NCBI GenBank assembly: GCA_025057995.1
Contig: JANXEW010000004.1
Span: 24,801 to 88,800, forward strand
Origin: Thermofilaceae archaeon
GTDB taxonomy: Archaea > Thermoproteota > Thermoprotei > Thermofilales > Thermofilaceae
DNA length: 64,000 bases
Direction of reading: 5' to 3'
In this document: positions 26,590 to 36,078 of the stretch, one piece after another
How the letters are laid out: each line of letters opens with the position of its first letter
Numbering within the stretch: the first letter of the stretch is position 1
Notes under the pieces: model-generated
Database searches by the model: none
What the model saw: the letters and a program-made list of their open reading frames with translations, nothing else
Told to the model about the DNA's origin: nothing
Made by a program: the position numbers and the translations under genes

Positions 26590-27129
26590 GTGAAAAAGGG
26601 GGTGGATCAAAACGATAGCAGTAGTAGCCGGAGGATGTTGCTACCCCCAGATGTAACCCCCGATCATGTGTTAGGTCTCCTTGAGCTACTGCGAAGCCTA
26701 GGCAGCGGGATCGACTCCATGTACGTAGGCGATGCCTTAAGCGAAGACATCAGGATGCTACCCCATGCGATAGACGTAGCCGAGGCTTTAGGCCTAGTCA
26801 GACAGAAAGGAGGTAACTTAGAACTGACTGAACGGGGGAGAAGGATCGCTGTTGGTAACCCGAAAACTGTGAAAAAGCTACTCCAGGAAGTCGTTTTGAA
26901 GCTCGAACCAATAGCTGAGATAGTTGAGCTGTTGAAAGAGAAGGGTGAAATCCCTGTTGAGGAGTTCAATACCATCGTAGAGAAGCATTACTCAACGAAT
27001 TTCGAGGAAGCGAGACACAACATACTCGTCTGGGGGGCTTACCTCGGGCTATTCAAACTTGACGAAGACGATGAGAAAGTGATCCTGTTAAGCCCTTCTG
27101 AAAAAAGAGAGGGTAGACCCCGAGCTTAA
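26590..27129 (+). CDS. stand-alone 'AAA-associated' winged-helix domain protein (normally fused to the C-terminus of this ABC ATPase type)
   Basis: HVLGLLELLRSLGSGIDSMYVGDALSEDIRMLPHAIDVAEALGLVRQKGGNLELTERGRR matches my recollection of the C-terminal AAA-associated domain of NitT/TauT-type ATPases. Divergent from the ABC operon. Confidence 0.45.
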   Translation: MKKGVDQNDSSSSRRMLLPPDVTPDHVLGLLELLRSLGSGIDSMYVGDALSEDIRMLPHAIDVAEALGLVRQKGGNLELTERGRRIAVGNPKTVKKLLQEVVLKLEPIAEIVELLKEKGEIPVEEFNTIVEKHYSTNFEEARHNILVWGAYLGLFKLDEDDEKVILLSPSEKREGRPRA

Positions 27130-27136
27130 GCCGTCA

Positions 27137-28376
27137 TCATAGAAGCTTCACACCTGGTTTTAATAACTGTTCCAGCACGTTAGAGGCGTTTATTACCGTC
27201 TCTACGCTCACTTCGATCCGCTCTCTGATCCACGTGACAAGTTCCTTTGCATTAACTAAGTACACAGGGTTAGATGACAAGGCTGAGCGCACACTTTCGC
27301 GGATCTGCCAAAACCCTACAGGAGCGTAGTATCGGGGCGTAACCTCCCTTATCGCCACCACTGTAGCGCACCTCCCAATCCTGCTTAAATACTCCAATAC
27401 AGGCAGTCTTATCGCGTAATAGCCACCGCCAGCCTCAGGGTAGCGTGCCTTCCCCTCCCACAGCTCATAGTTCACAGTTAGATAGGGTTCAGCTGCATTA
27501 ACCCAGACGCTACCGGGTAACCATATTTCGATAACCTCGAAAGCCCAAGAACCTGGCGCTAGAATTAGGATATACCGGTTACCTATATACTCAACATAGT
27601 GAACCTGTAGCTGCTGTATCTCAGATGCATGCTTCACTTTACGCAGTTGGCGGTCACCGAGAAGTTTATCAACAGCTGTGATAGCCCACCGGGTCGGAAC
27701 AATTTTCCTACTATTACGTTTACCCAACATACCTAGGCTCAGAAGCCGCGTAATGTAGTAGTTGTCTAAACCCAGGCTGTAAAGCTCCCAGATCGCGTCT
27801 CCAGCCTTGATATCTAGGTCTTCTACGACCTGGTCGACGCGCTTAGGGATAACTGGGTTCGTATATAGATTAAGGGACTCTAACCTTCCGCTAAGCCCTA
27901 CGGGCGCGACAAGCCCGTCGAAGGTCAACTGAAGACTCGGCGGTTTCTCAAACCTGAACTCAGCGTCCACCGGCTTTATCGAGAGAGCTGCTCCCTTCGT
28001 CGCCTCAAGTAACTTGCCACCCTCTCTCCTAGCCTCCTTGACATTTACAGAGAAACGGGAGTACACCGTGGAGGCCCTTAAGGAGATTATCTCCTCTAGG
28101 CTCAGCCTTCCCCACCAGCTTCTGTAATCTTCGTAACGGGAGGCAGACTCCCCCGGCCTCAGGCGCCGCGATAGGACCTAAACCGACTGTAGGGTAGCCG
28201 TGCTCGCCGACGAGTACTGAAGGGGGAGTCGCAGTTTGAATCTCCCTTTTCCCAAGCCTTGACGAAACTTTCGCAGAATCCATGAAACGCTTCAAGATTG
28301 GACACACCGGTCTACCACATAGCTTCCCCACTCCTTTACACTTTGCACAACGCATTCTATCGCTCCGTAGGGGCAA
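27137..28376 (-). pseudogene. nreA: NreA-family DNA-repair protein split by a frameshift (two overlapping ORFs)
   Basis: The N-terminal ORF carries the Nre zinc motif MRCAKCKGVGKLCGRPVCPILKRF. The C-terminal ORF's frame is open upstream of its annotated start and reads ...RPGESASRYEDYRSWWGRLSLEEIISLRASTVYSRF. The two frames cross at a C5 run (28150..28154 on the + strand). The likely true start is the ATG at 28355. Confidence 0.7.
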
Positions 28377-28431
28377 GACGATCGATTCAGTTAGGGGGTA
28401 AAGTATTTGAACTATTGCTCAAAGGTTAGAC

Positions 28432-28821
28432 GTGGATACAGTAGGATACCACTACGTGGTAGAAGCATCAGGCTGCGACCCTGAGCTCTTAGCGGACGTA
28501 AACAAGCTTAAGGAGCTGTTGATCAAAGCCGCTAAAACCGCTGGCATGGATATTAAAGGCAGCTACTTCTTCAAGTTTACACCAACTGGTGTTAGCGGAA
28601 CCCTGATCGTAGCTATGTCGCATGTTTCTATACATACGTGGCCGGAGCACGGTTACGCTGCAGTTGACGTATACGTGTGTGGAACCGCTTCAGACCCCGA
28701 GAAAGCCGTCAACGAGATACTCGCTAGCCTAGAGGCAAAACACGCTCACATAACGGAGATACAGAGAGGAATAAAGGACAACGATGAATTTACACACGTA
28801 ATAGTAACCTGGGAGATCTAA
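28432..28821 (+). CDS. pyruvoyl-dependent AdoMetDC-fold decarboxylase (SpeH-type; S-adenosylmethionine or arginine decarboxylase)
   Basis: GVSGTLIVAMSHVSIHTWPEHGYAAVDVYVCG matches the class-1b AdoMetDC self-cleavage region (xSH.SIHTWPE). Confidence 0.8.
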   Translation: MDTVGYHYVVEASGCDPELLADVNKLKELLIKAAKTAGMDIKGSYFFKFTPTGVSGTLIVAMSHVSIHTWPEHGYAAVDVYVCGTASDPEKAVNEILASLEAKHAHITEIQRGIKDNDEFTHVIVTWEI

Positions 28822-28865
28822 ACACCCTATATCTTTTACAACATAAAAATTACTTAGATTAATTC

Positions 28866-28922
28866 ACTTTTATAACCAAACCCATATTATTATAAAGACA
28901 AGAAATACTTTTATAACCAAAC
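28866..28922. repeat. two perfect 16-bp direct repeats ACTTTTATAACCAAAC, 41 bp apart, in an AT-rich intergenic region
   Basis: Copies at 28866..28881 and 28907..28922. Each contains a TATA-like TTTATAA. They lie 40-95 nt upstream of the probable ATG at 28962. Confidence 0.8.
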
Positions 28923-28943
28923 TCTAATGTGAAATATTAGCGA

Positions 28944-29327
28944 TTGATCACGGGATTTAATATGGATAGGGGCGAGATATACGCCTGCGTTGAGAAAGTT
29001 CTCGAAGGGCAAGGCTTCGAGGTGTACAGAGATTCTATCGAGAGAGGGGTTAGCGGTCTTTCACACGGTTTCCATTTTGTAGCTAAGAAAGGGGTTTGCT
29101 CTCTTATAATAGAGCTTGTAGATACCCCTACCGATCTCTTACTTTCTTTAGCGAAAATTTACGACGTGAGAGGGTTTACCAGTATCCTCCTGGTCAAAGA
29201 GGAGGTACTTGCCACTCTCACGCCTTCGATACAAACGTTTGGTGTAAACAACATTATCTCCTTTAAGACGCTTGAGGAACTAGAGGTTAAGTTGAAGCGC
29301 GCGTTAGGAGCCCAGAATCTGACTTAG
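28944..29327 (+). CDS. hypothetical protein
   Basis: 127-aa ORF. The probable true start is the ATG at 28962 (MDRGEIYAC). No motif recognised. Confidence 0.45.
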   Translation: MITGFNMDRGEIYACVEKVLEGQGFEVYRDSIERGVSGLSHGFHFVAKKGVCSLIIELVDTPTDLLLSLAKIYDVRGFTSILLVKEEVLATLTPSIQTFGVNNIISFKTLEELEVKLKRALGAQNLT

Positions 29328-29879
29328 TAGCATGGCGATACCCACGATGGTAAACAAGGCTCCGCTAGTCTTCCTCATCACAACCCTAGGTATAACCTTG
29401 CAAAGAAATGATCCCAGAGAAGTCGCTATACCCATTAACACTACTGCAGCCAAGACTAGCCCGGCGACTACTTCCAACAAAGCGCCCGTTGAAGCTGCTA
29501 TCGCTAAGGTTGCTAGGTTGGTTTTATCTCCAAGCTCAGCTAGAAACATGAGTGTGAAACCTCGCGCGAATCCACACTCGCCTGAACTCTCTTCAGATCT
29601 CTTGAGTAACGTGACCAAGCCTGCTACTAGGAACAACGCGCCAGCTACTGCTCCTATCAAGCGTTGAGGTATCAGCATCCTGAGAGCTTGACCCAAGGGT
29701 ATCGTCAAAAGGTTCGCGGTGATGAAGCCTAAAGTTGAGGAAGCGAAGGAAGTGAGGGATCTGCCTTGTGAAGCTAAGGCTACAGCAGCGAGTTGAGTCT
29801 TGTCTCCCAGCTCAGCTAGGAGCAGCGTAAGGGCCGTAATAGCGACTACTTCGAGACCCGGCACACGCCAGTTTCTCAC
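29304..29879 (-). CDS. UPF0016/GDT1 (TMEM165) family cation transporter
   Basis: Two copies of the E-x-G-D-K-T motif (ELGDKTQLAAVAL and ELGDKTNLATLAI) in a six-TM protein. Confidence 0.85.
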   Translation of the reverse strand: MRNWRVPGLEVVAITALTLLLAELGDKTQLAAVALASQGRSLTSFASSTLGFITANLLTIPLGQALRMLIPQRLIGAVAGALFLVAGLVTLLKRSEESSGECGFARGFTLMFLAELGDKTNLATLAIAASTGALLEVVAGLVLAAVVLMGIATSLGSFLCKVIPRVVMRKTSGALFTIVGIAMLLSQILGS

Positions 29880-29916
29880 GCTTCGCTTAAATACCTCATG
29901 TTAGAAAGTAGGCTTC

Positions 29917-30687
29917 GTGACGAAACCCAAGATCGCAGTTCAACTCTACTCGGTCAGGCAGGATTGTGCAAGGGATCTGCCCGGGACTTTGAAGGCCTTG
30001 GCTGAAATGGGTTACGAGGGAGTTGAGTTCGCTGGATACTACGGCAAGAGCGCGCATGAACTTCGCGGACTCCTCGAGAAGCTGGGGTTGGAAGCTGCTG
30101 GATCACATATAGGCGTCGACGCCTTAACTGAGAGCAACTTTTCTGAAACCGTGAGATTCAGTAAAGAGCTCGGTCTGAAGTACCTTATAGTCCCTTGGAT
30201 ACCTGAAAACATGCGTAACAGCCGGGAGGCTTGGCTTGAGACGGCCAGTTTCTTCAACTCGATAGCCGAGAAGCTTAAAGGAAAAGGGATTTTCACCGGT
30301 TACCATAACCATACGGAGGAGTTTAAACGCTTTGACGGAGAAACTGGATGGGAGTTATTCGCGAAAGCTACCGCGCCTGAGGTCGTGCTTCAGCTTGATG
30401 TAGGCAATGCTATGCATGGAGGAGTTTCGATGGAACAGGCTCTCAACTTCATTAGAAGCTTCCCCGGTCGATCGAAGACTGTTCATCTAAAGGAGTTCTC
30501 GCGGAGAGATCCTCAAGCGATCTTAGGCGAAGGAGAGGTGGAGTGGGTTGAACTCCTATCCACTTGTATGAAAGTGGGTGGCACGGAGTGGTTTATCGTG
30601 GAACAGGAATCCTACAAGTACCCGCCTTTAAAGTGTGTTGAACTCTGCCTCAAAAACCTTTTAAACATTCTAGAGACCGTGGCTTAA
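29917..30687 (+). CDS. xylose-isomerase-like TIM-barrel protein (sugar phosphate isomerase/epimerase family)
   Basis: IAVQLYSVR start, [19 protein letters not shown], and a WFIVEQE metal-ligand pattern. Confidence 0.8.
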   Translation: MTKPKIAVQLYSVRQDCARDLPGTLKALAEMGYEGVEFAGYYGKSAHELRGLLEKLGLEAAGSHIGVDALTESNFSETVRFSKELGLKYLIVPWIPENMRNSREAWLETASFFNSIAEKLKGKGIFTGYHNHTEEFKRFDGETGWELFAKATAPEVVLQLDVGNAMHGGVSMEQALNFIRSFPGRSKTVHLKEFSRRDPQAILGEGEVEWVELLSTCMKVGGTEWFIVEQESYKYPPLKCVELCLKNLLNILETVA

Positions 30688-30701
30688 ACGAGCTTAAGGT
30701 T

Positions 30702-30989
30702 ATGTCGAAAGAGGTTTTAGTTAGAGCCCACATTTTTGTCGAAGGGATGGTCCAAGGCGTGGGTTTTCGCTACTCGATGCAGAGGATAGCTAGAAGGCTT
30801 GGAGTTAAAGGTTGGGTAAAGAACCTTCGTGATGGACGCGTAGAAGCCGTGCTCGAGGGCCCCAGGGAAAGAGTTGAAGAACTCATTGAATGGGCTAAGC
30901 GCGGTCCCTCATGGGCTGTCGTGGATAGAGTTGAAGTGATTTGGGAAGAGTATACTGGAGAGTTCAGCGATTTCGAAATAAGGTTCTAA
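30702..30989 (+). CDS. acyP: acylphosphatase
   Basis: [41 protein letters not shown] matches the acylphosphatase signatures. Confidence 0.9.
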   Translation: MSKEVLVRAHIFVEGMVQGVGFRYSMQRIARRLGVKGWVKNLRDGRVEAVLEGPRERVEELIEWAKRGPSWAVVDRVEVIWEEYTGEFSDFEIRF

Positions 30990-31015
30990 CTAACTAAGGT
31001 CATCTAACCGGTGAT

Positions 31016-33088
31016 TTAAGACCCTCCGCCTTGACTAACGTCTGAGGAGGAACGTTGCCTACTAGCTCGAGCAGTCCTCCTAGCGTATAGGATGAAGAGC
31101 AGGGCTACAATAGCGCTTAGCGCTAACAACAGAAACAGGAATGTGGGGAACTGTCTCGAAATTACAACAGTAGCTGTCGCGTTGCTGGGCTTGTAGCCAG
31201 GTTTACCCTCGTAAATCGCCGTCACTACCCACAGCCCTTCTCGCAGCTCGAGTTCTCCCTCGAAAACTCCCCCCTCTCCTACTTCTATAGAACGTTGGAC
31301 AGCCACTTCCCCTGAGGTGGCTTTAAGGCGGATTATGCTGTTCTCAACCGGCGGACGGAGCACTCCCTCGACTATTGCAACATTGTCCTTAACGCTTACT
31401 TTAATGACAACTTCAGTTTCATACTCGACGAACACTTCAGCGGAAGCTGCTGTGCTTTCACATACCTCATTCCCCACCCAGTATGCTCTCACGAGGTAGG
31501 CTCCAGGCTCGTCTACTGGTAGAGATGTGTTGAACAACCCGTTCACCACTCCTATCGTCGACGTGTGAGAACCTGATGGTCTCGAGACCAGGAGAGTTAT
31601 GGACGTGTTTACCGGGTGCTCTAGTCCCCCCTTGACGTGTATTATGTTGCCAACCCGCTCTACGGTAAAGTTGAGCGTGCATGCCAGCTTCTCCACGTAT
31701 ATCGTGAACTCTCGGCTGCTTGGAGCGTACTGTGGAGAACCCTGGAATGTGACGTTGAACGACCATGCGCCAGCCTCATCAGGCGTCAGCTCCACCATCC
31801 AGCTCCCGTCCAAGTTGGTTTTTGCCTCTACGCTCACAAGCCTACCGCTCGGTTTCCTGACATGTAGGGTTACCGTGGCGTTTCCGACGCCAGGCTTTAG
31901 GACGCCTTCAATCTTAAGCTTCTGTAGAGCCTTCACCTTGCCAGGGTAGTAGACTTCGATACTCGTGTCCTTCACCCAAGGCAGAGGAAGAGGCTTGAGG
32001 AAGCTCTTCACCCGCGAAAGGCTGTCACCCTCCTTAACCACAGCGTACTCCCAGTAGTAGAAGAAGGGGGTGGACGCCGTCTCGCTGGCCCAGTTCCGGA
32101 ACTCGGCGATATAATCTTCATGGCAGATATTACTCACCCTCACTGTTACGATGGTCTGCCAAACCCAGCTCTCGGAAGTAGCCGAGGTCCTGATTGCGTC
32201 AAGCGGGTCGCCCGTGGACGCGTGAAAAGTTAAATCAACCGGTAGCCATCCCCAAGGCGGAATGTACACCTCCGCCCACGCGTGGCCGTAATCTACCCCG
32301 TAAAAGGCCGAGTAGTAGTGCGCCTCTGGAGCCCATATAACCCTCTCCTCCCCATAGTTGAAATCTGCAACTAGAGAGGTTTTCAAGTAGGCTGGAACTC
32401 CGAGGTAACGGAGCATGAGGATAAGTAGGTTAGCTTGATCATCGCAGTCGCCCTTCCCCCTACCTTCCACTAACTTCGCGGGGGGTAGAGTCTCGTGTGG
32501 ATAGCGGGGACCTTTACCCACCTCGTACTCAACTTTCCTCCAGATCAAATCGACCAGCTTAGCTACGATAGCTAGCACGCGGTCTTCATCCCCCACGGTC
32601 CTTGATGCCGCCTCAGCCAAGTGCTTCATCAAGGGGTGATCGTAACGCCAAGGTCCTGAGGGTAGTGTCAAGTCCACTAGCCCTGAGGGTACATCTGTCA
32701 ACCGCCCGGAGGCTTCGTAACTGAGCTTAGGTGCTTTAAACCTCACAACCTGTACGTAGGTAACCACTTCAACCTCAGCCGTCGACCTGGGAGGCAGTTG
32801 GACCGGGCAAGAAATTTCTAAGCTCTGGCTTAGGCAGTCTCCTCGGACCAGCTGGCTCCCGCATTCAACAGGTCTATCCTTGACTCGGACGGTGAAGTTG
32901 AGAAGCCGGGAGTGTTGGTATGTGTCGTTGAGGGGGAGGCTGATGAACAAGGGAGGAAGAGGGGCCGGGCTAGAGGAGTTGTTAGCTACCGTGAGCTTAA
33001 CCCAGATATACGCCCCAACATCATACGGCATCGCGCTAGTCAAAGCACATGCTAAGGCGGCTATAGCGAGAGAGTAAATGGGTTTCAC
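31016..33088 (-). CDS. secreted transglutaminase-like cysteine protease-fold protein with Ig-like repeats and a C-terminal TM anchor
   Basis: Signal peptide. Core GKGDCDDQANLLILMLRYLGVPAY...GHAWAEVYIPPWGWLPVDLT (Cys-His-Asp). C-terminal TM helix FPTFLFLLLALSAIVALLFILY plus a basic tail. Confidence 0.8.
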   Translation of the reverse strand: MKPIYSLAIAALACALTSAMPYDVGAYIWVKLTVANNSSSPAPLPPLFISLPLNDTYQHSRLLNFTVRVKDRPVECGSQLVRGDCLSQSLEISCPVQLPPRSTAEVEVVTYVQVVRFKAPKLSYEASGRLTDVPSGLVDLTLPSGPWRYDHPLMKHLAEAASRTVGDEDRVLAIVAKLVDLIWRKVEYEVGKGPRYPHETLPPAKLVEGRGKGDCDDQANLLILMLRYLGVPAYLKTSLVADFNYGEERVIWAPEAHYYSAFYGVDYGHAWAEVYIPPWGWLPVDLTFHASTGDPLDAIRTSATSESWVWQTIVTVRVSNICHEDYIAEFRNWASETASTPFFYYWEYAVVKEGDSLSRVKSFLKPLPLPWVKDTSIEVYYPGKVKALQKLKIEGVLKPGVGNATVTLHVRKPSGRLVSVEAKTNLDGSWMVELTPDEAGAWSFNVTFQGSPQYAPSSREFTIYVEKLACTLNFTVERVGNIIHVKGGLEHPVNTSITLLVSRPSGSHTSTIGVVNGLFNTSLPVDEPGAYLVRAYWVGNEVCESTAASAEVFVEYETEVVIKVSVKDNVAIVEGVLRPPVENSIIRLKATSGEVAVQRSIEVGEGGVFEGELELREGLWVVTAIYEGKPGYKPSNATATVVISRQFPTFLFLLLALSAIVALLFILYARRTARASRQRSSSDVSQGGGS

Positions 33089-33943
33089 GAGCCTCTCTCA
33101 ACCTGAACTTTCTTCTCTTTAAACGCTTCGCTTCCGTGTCAAGAGTCGAACAAGGAGGGCACTAGTCTCGACCAAACCCTACAACTCGAGGATTACAGGG
33201 GCGAACCTCACGCACACACTCGTAAGTCTTCCACTCTAAAGTTCTAAATGGTAGTTGAAATTTCCACCTGGCTTGGAAGCGTAGAGGTTCGTCAGCTTCT
33301 CTACGAAGCTCTCGAAGAGCTTGGGATCGGTTTAAGTTAATGGAACGTGCCACAGTGCATACGATCTAAACTCTCTGATAGGCTGTGCGGCTTTCACTGC
33401 TTCCCTTACACTGATCGTTTAGCGACCACCCGTTGTGAGAAACACTAAACGAGCTGGTAGAGTGCCGCGATAAAAGACATGTTTCTGAAAAGCCGTGTGT
33501 CACTATCACGGTATACTTGAGCTTCAATACCATGTATCGCTACGCCAACTGGTGTCCTGTAACGGCAGCTATGCAGAGATGGTTCTAGACGACCCTGAAA
33601 ATTTCACGGTCAGAGGGCCACTATAGTGCTCCAGCCTAAAGAGCAACCCAACCTTCCTCACTCGCTCAACAATTTCAAGAGTTCTAGTTACGATTGCACT
33701 CTTCACTGACGCTATCTCTATCGAGTTCTCAGACAGTCGCTGTGACCATGTCTGATAATTACGTCGCCGACCCCGGTTAGCCGTCAGGTTTGACAAGGCT
33801 CTGTGGTTGTCAAGCCATGAGCTCAGTAGAACTCTACGAGCTTTCCGTCGTAGCCCTTAGGGTTACATTAAAGGCTAAGTAGCTTAATGAGCTCTAACGA
33901 GGCGTCGACTTGACGCGGCTCCATTAGCAAACGATGTGTTTCC

Positions 33944-34906
33944 TCAGTATGGGTCATCGTAGTCGACTAAGTTAAACGGCTTCTCCCCCCTGAGGTAGCG
34001 TGAAACGTTTTCCGCTGCGAACTCGAGACATTTCCTCCTAGCTTCACGCGTCCAGCCAGCCTTGTGGGGAGTAGCTATAACGTTAGGAAGCTTATGTATC
34101 CCGAGCCTTGAGGGGGCGCTAGGGTCAGGCGGATACGACCACCAAACGTCTAGAGCTGCCCCTGCGATCCAACCTTGAGACAATGCCTTGTACAGTGACT
34201 CTTCATCCACAACCACCCCCCTTCCAACGTTGACGAGGAACGCTGTTGGTTTCATCGCCTTCAAAAGCCGCTCCTCGACCAGGCTCCGCGTCTCTCGCGT
34301 TAAAGGTAGCGTAACCACTAGGAAGTCCGCTTCCCCTACTAATGTCTCTAGTTTATCCAACTCTACAACCTGCTCGGCGTACTCATCAGGTTGGGCATGC
34401 TTTCTAACTCCAATAACGCGCATGCCCAGGCACTTACACATTCGAGCTAGTTCGCGACCTATGTTACCGTAGCCTAATATTACTACAAGCTTGCCCTCAA
34501 GATCATAAAGGTAGTTTTCAGGAGTCCATGGAACCCAGCCGCCGCTCTTCACGATGAAGTCCATTGAGACGACTCGTTTCGCGAGGGATAACATTAGGGC
34601 GAGCGCATGTTCGGCGACAACTCTCGCGTTACACCCTTTCCCTGATGCAAGGATAATCCCTTTGCTCCGGAGAAGCTCAAGGTTATAACCGTCTACACCA
34701 GCCCAGGGAGCTTGAACAAACTTTAGGTTGACAGCTTTCGCTATCGCATCGTCTGGCGGTAGCCCTACAGCGACCTCAGCGTCTCTCAACTCCTCTTCTA
34801 TGGTATCCCTACCCGCTGCCACTACCCTAGCCAAACCTTCGAGTTTTTCCTTGAATACCTTAAGCTCCCAGTCTGTAGCAGACCAGGCTACAACAACTTT
34901 CCGCAC
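33944..34906 (-). CDS. D-isomer-specific 2-hydroxyacid dehydrogenase (glyoxylate/hydroxypyruvate reductase-like)
   Basis: Rossmann motif VVILGYGNIGRELARM, plus LVNVGRG and ATPHKAGWT catalytic blocks. Confidence 0.85.
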   Translation of the reverse strand: MRKVVVAWSATDWELKVFKEKLEGLARVVAAGRDTIEEELRDAEVAVGLPPDDAIAKAVNLKFVQAPWAGVDGYNLELLRSKGIILASGKGCNARVVAEHALALMLSLAKRVVSMDFIVKSGGWVPWTPENYLYDLEGKLVVILGYGNIGRELARMCKCLGMRVIGVRKHAQPDEYAEQVVELDKLETLVGEADFLVVTLPLTRETRSLVEERLLKAMKPTAFLVNVGRGVVVDEESLYKALSQGWIAGAALDVWWSYPPDPSAPSRLGIHKLPNVIATPHKAGWTREARRKCLEFAAENVSRYLRGEKPFNLVDYDDPY

Positions 34907-34930
34907 GAGAAAGGCTATCCTGTAACTGTT

Positions 34931-35416
34931 TTAGTTTTTAGCGCGCCTATACCTCTCCTTGTAAAAGTTTAACGCCTCGGGGTGCCTTCTCAGAAACTCC
35001 CCCACCGCCTCCCTGCTAAGGGAGTCGGCCTTAGCGTTCAACTGTCTAGGAACCCACTCCAGAGTAACCTTGGGGAAAAGCTTGAGGAGTTCGGTAACCT
35101 TCTGATACAGGGGGGTTATGCGCTTACTCTTAACGGTGTATTCTCCCTTCAACTGCTTTAACACCAGTTGACTATCGCCTCTTACTACCAACTCATCTCC
35201 ACTTAACCCGTTTTCCACGAGCCACTCGAGAGCCTTAATGAGAGCGGTATACTCGGCCACGTTGTTAGTTACGTCATCGCCGAAGAAGCCTGCGCCTAAC
35301 ACGCCTCCTCTAGCTGAAAGCAGTTTTCCATCTCTGTAGATCACGAAGCCGTAGGCTGCGATCCCACCTGGGTTCACCGGCTCACATAGACCGTCAAAGT
35401 ATACTATAGTAACCAT
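34931..35416 (-). CDS. rnhA: type-1 RNase H (RNase HI-like)
   Basis: FDGLCEPVNPGG, NNVAEYTALIKALEW, and VRGDSQLVLKQ carry the DEDD residues. Confidence 0.8.
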   Translation of the reverse strand: MVTIVYFDGLCEPVNPGGIAAYGFVIYRDGKLLSARGGVLGAGFFGDDVTNNVAEYTALIKALEWLVENGLSGDELVVRGDSQLVLKQLKGEYTVKSKRITPLYQKVTELLKLFPKVTLEWVPRQLNAKADSLSREAVGEFLRRHPEALNFYKERYRRAKN

Positions 35417-35754
35417 TTCCTCCCCCGCGAACGCTCCCTAAGCAGCTCGACGAGAGCTAAGAGAAGGCGGAGACTTTCTCTCTCACTCTCTAGCGTGGAC
35501 CTCAACTCTTCAAGTTCGTTAGCCAGACATATCACTTCAACACTAATCTCCTTCAAGTCTACTTGAGCGATCTTATAGAAATGCGGGTCAACTATGCGTA
35601 CATTCTCTAATAGGTTATATAGAGGTAGAAGTTTACCGTATACTCTTTCCAGTTTACTAAGTATTACAAGCGAACGCTGCTCCCTCTTTTCGAGATCTTT
35701 TAAAGCCAGCTTGAGTTTCTTTTCAAGCTTTTTAAGCTTCGACTGACTGGTCAC
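35404..35754 (-). CDS. small coiled-coil protein of unknown function
   Basis: 116 aa, heptad-rich (KLKKLEKKLKLALKDLEKRE...). Overlaps the RNase HI start by 13 nt. Confidence 0.5.
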   Translation of the reverse strand: MTSQSKLKKLEKKLKLALKDLEKREQRSLVILSKLERVYGKLLPLYNLLENVRIVDPHFYKIAQVDLKEISVEVICLANELEELRSTLESERESLRLLLALVELLRERSRGRKWLL

Positions 35755-36078
35755 TTCTTCGCTACGTCACACTCCCTTTCAAAAGTTTTGTCTCACTCCA
35801 CTCTTACCTTTTAACACTTCAGATATTCTCAATTGATGGTTTGATATAGATATAAAGAACTTGAATGTCGACATATCGTACCTTTCTTCATCTCATAACG
35901 TCATATGTTATGTGTCGAAGGAATTAAACGGTATCCGATGACAGTTTAACGATTTTAACCGGGTTTCGGAGTCACGAGTTCAACGGACGTTTTTCTGAAC
36001 GGTTTCATACGCTATCATCATAGATACTTGAACCTAAACACGACCGAGTTAAATCGAGCGCGTTTTAGCTTGCGCTGG

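Noticed and set aside
31317-31949. Five 60-116-aa ORFs on both strands inside 31016..33088
   Set aside because: They are shadow ORFs within the transglutaminase-like gene, which provides one continuous 690-aa reading frame with signal peptide, catalytic triad, and TM anchor.
33089-33943. Transposase, IS, or integrated-element remnant in the long gaps (also 4703..5500), and a shared 11-mer GTAGAGGTTCG between them
   Set aside because: No transposase or integrase motifs, no terminal inverted repeats, and no tRNA-fragment direct repeats were found by eye. An 11-mer match between two 800-bp regions is near chance expectation.
35934-35996. Possible C/D-box sRNA (CGATGA ... CTGA about 52 nt apart on the plus strand; ATGATGA on the minus strand at about 36015)
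   Set aside because: The C box is imperfect, there are no recognisable D' or C' boxes at the right spacing, and there is no terminal stem. The minus-strand C box has no downstream CTGA.
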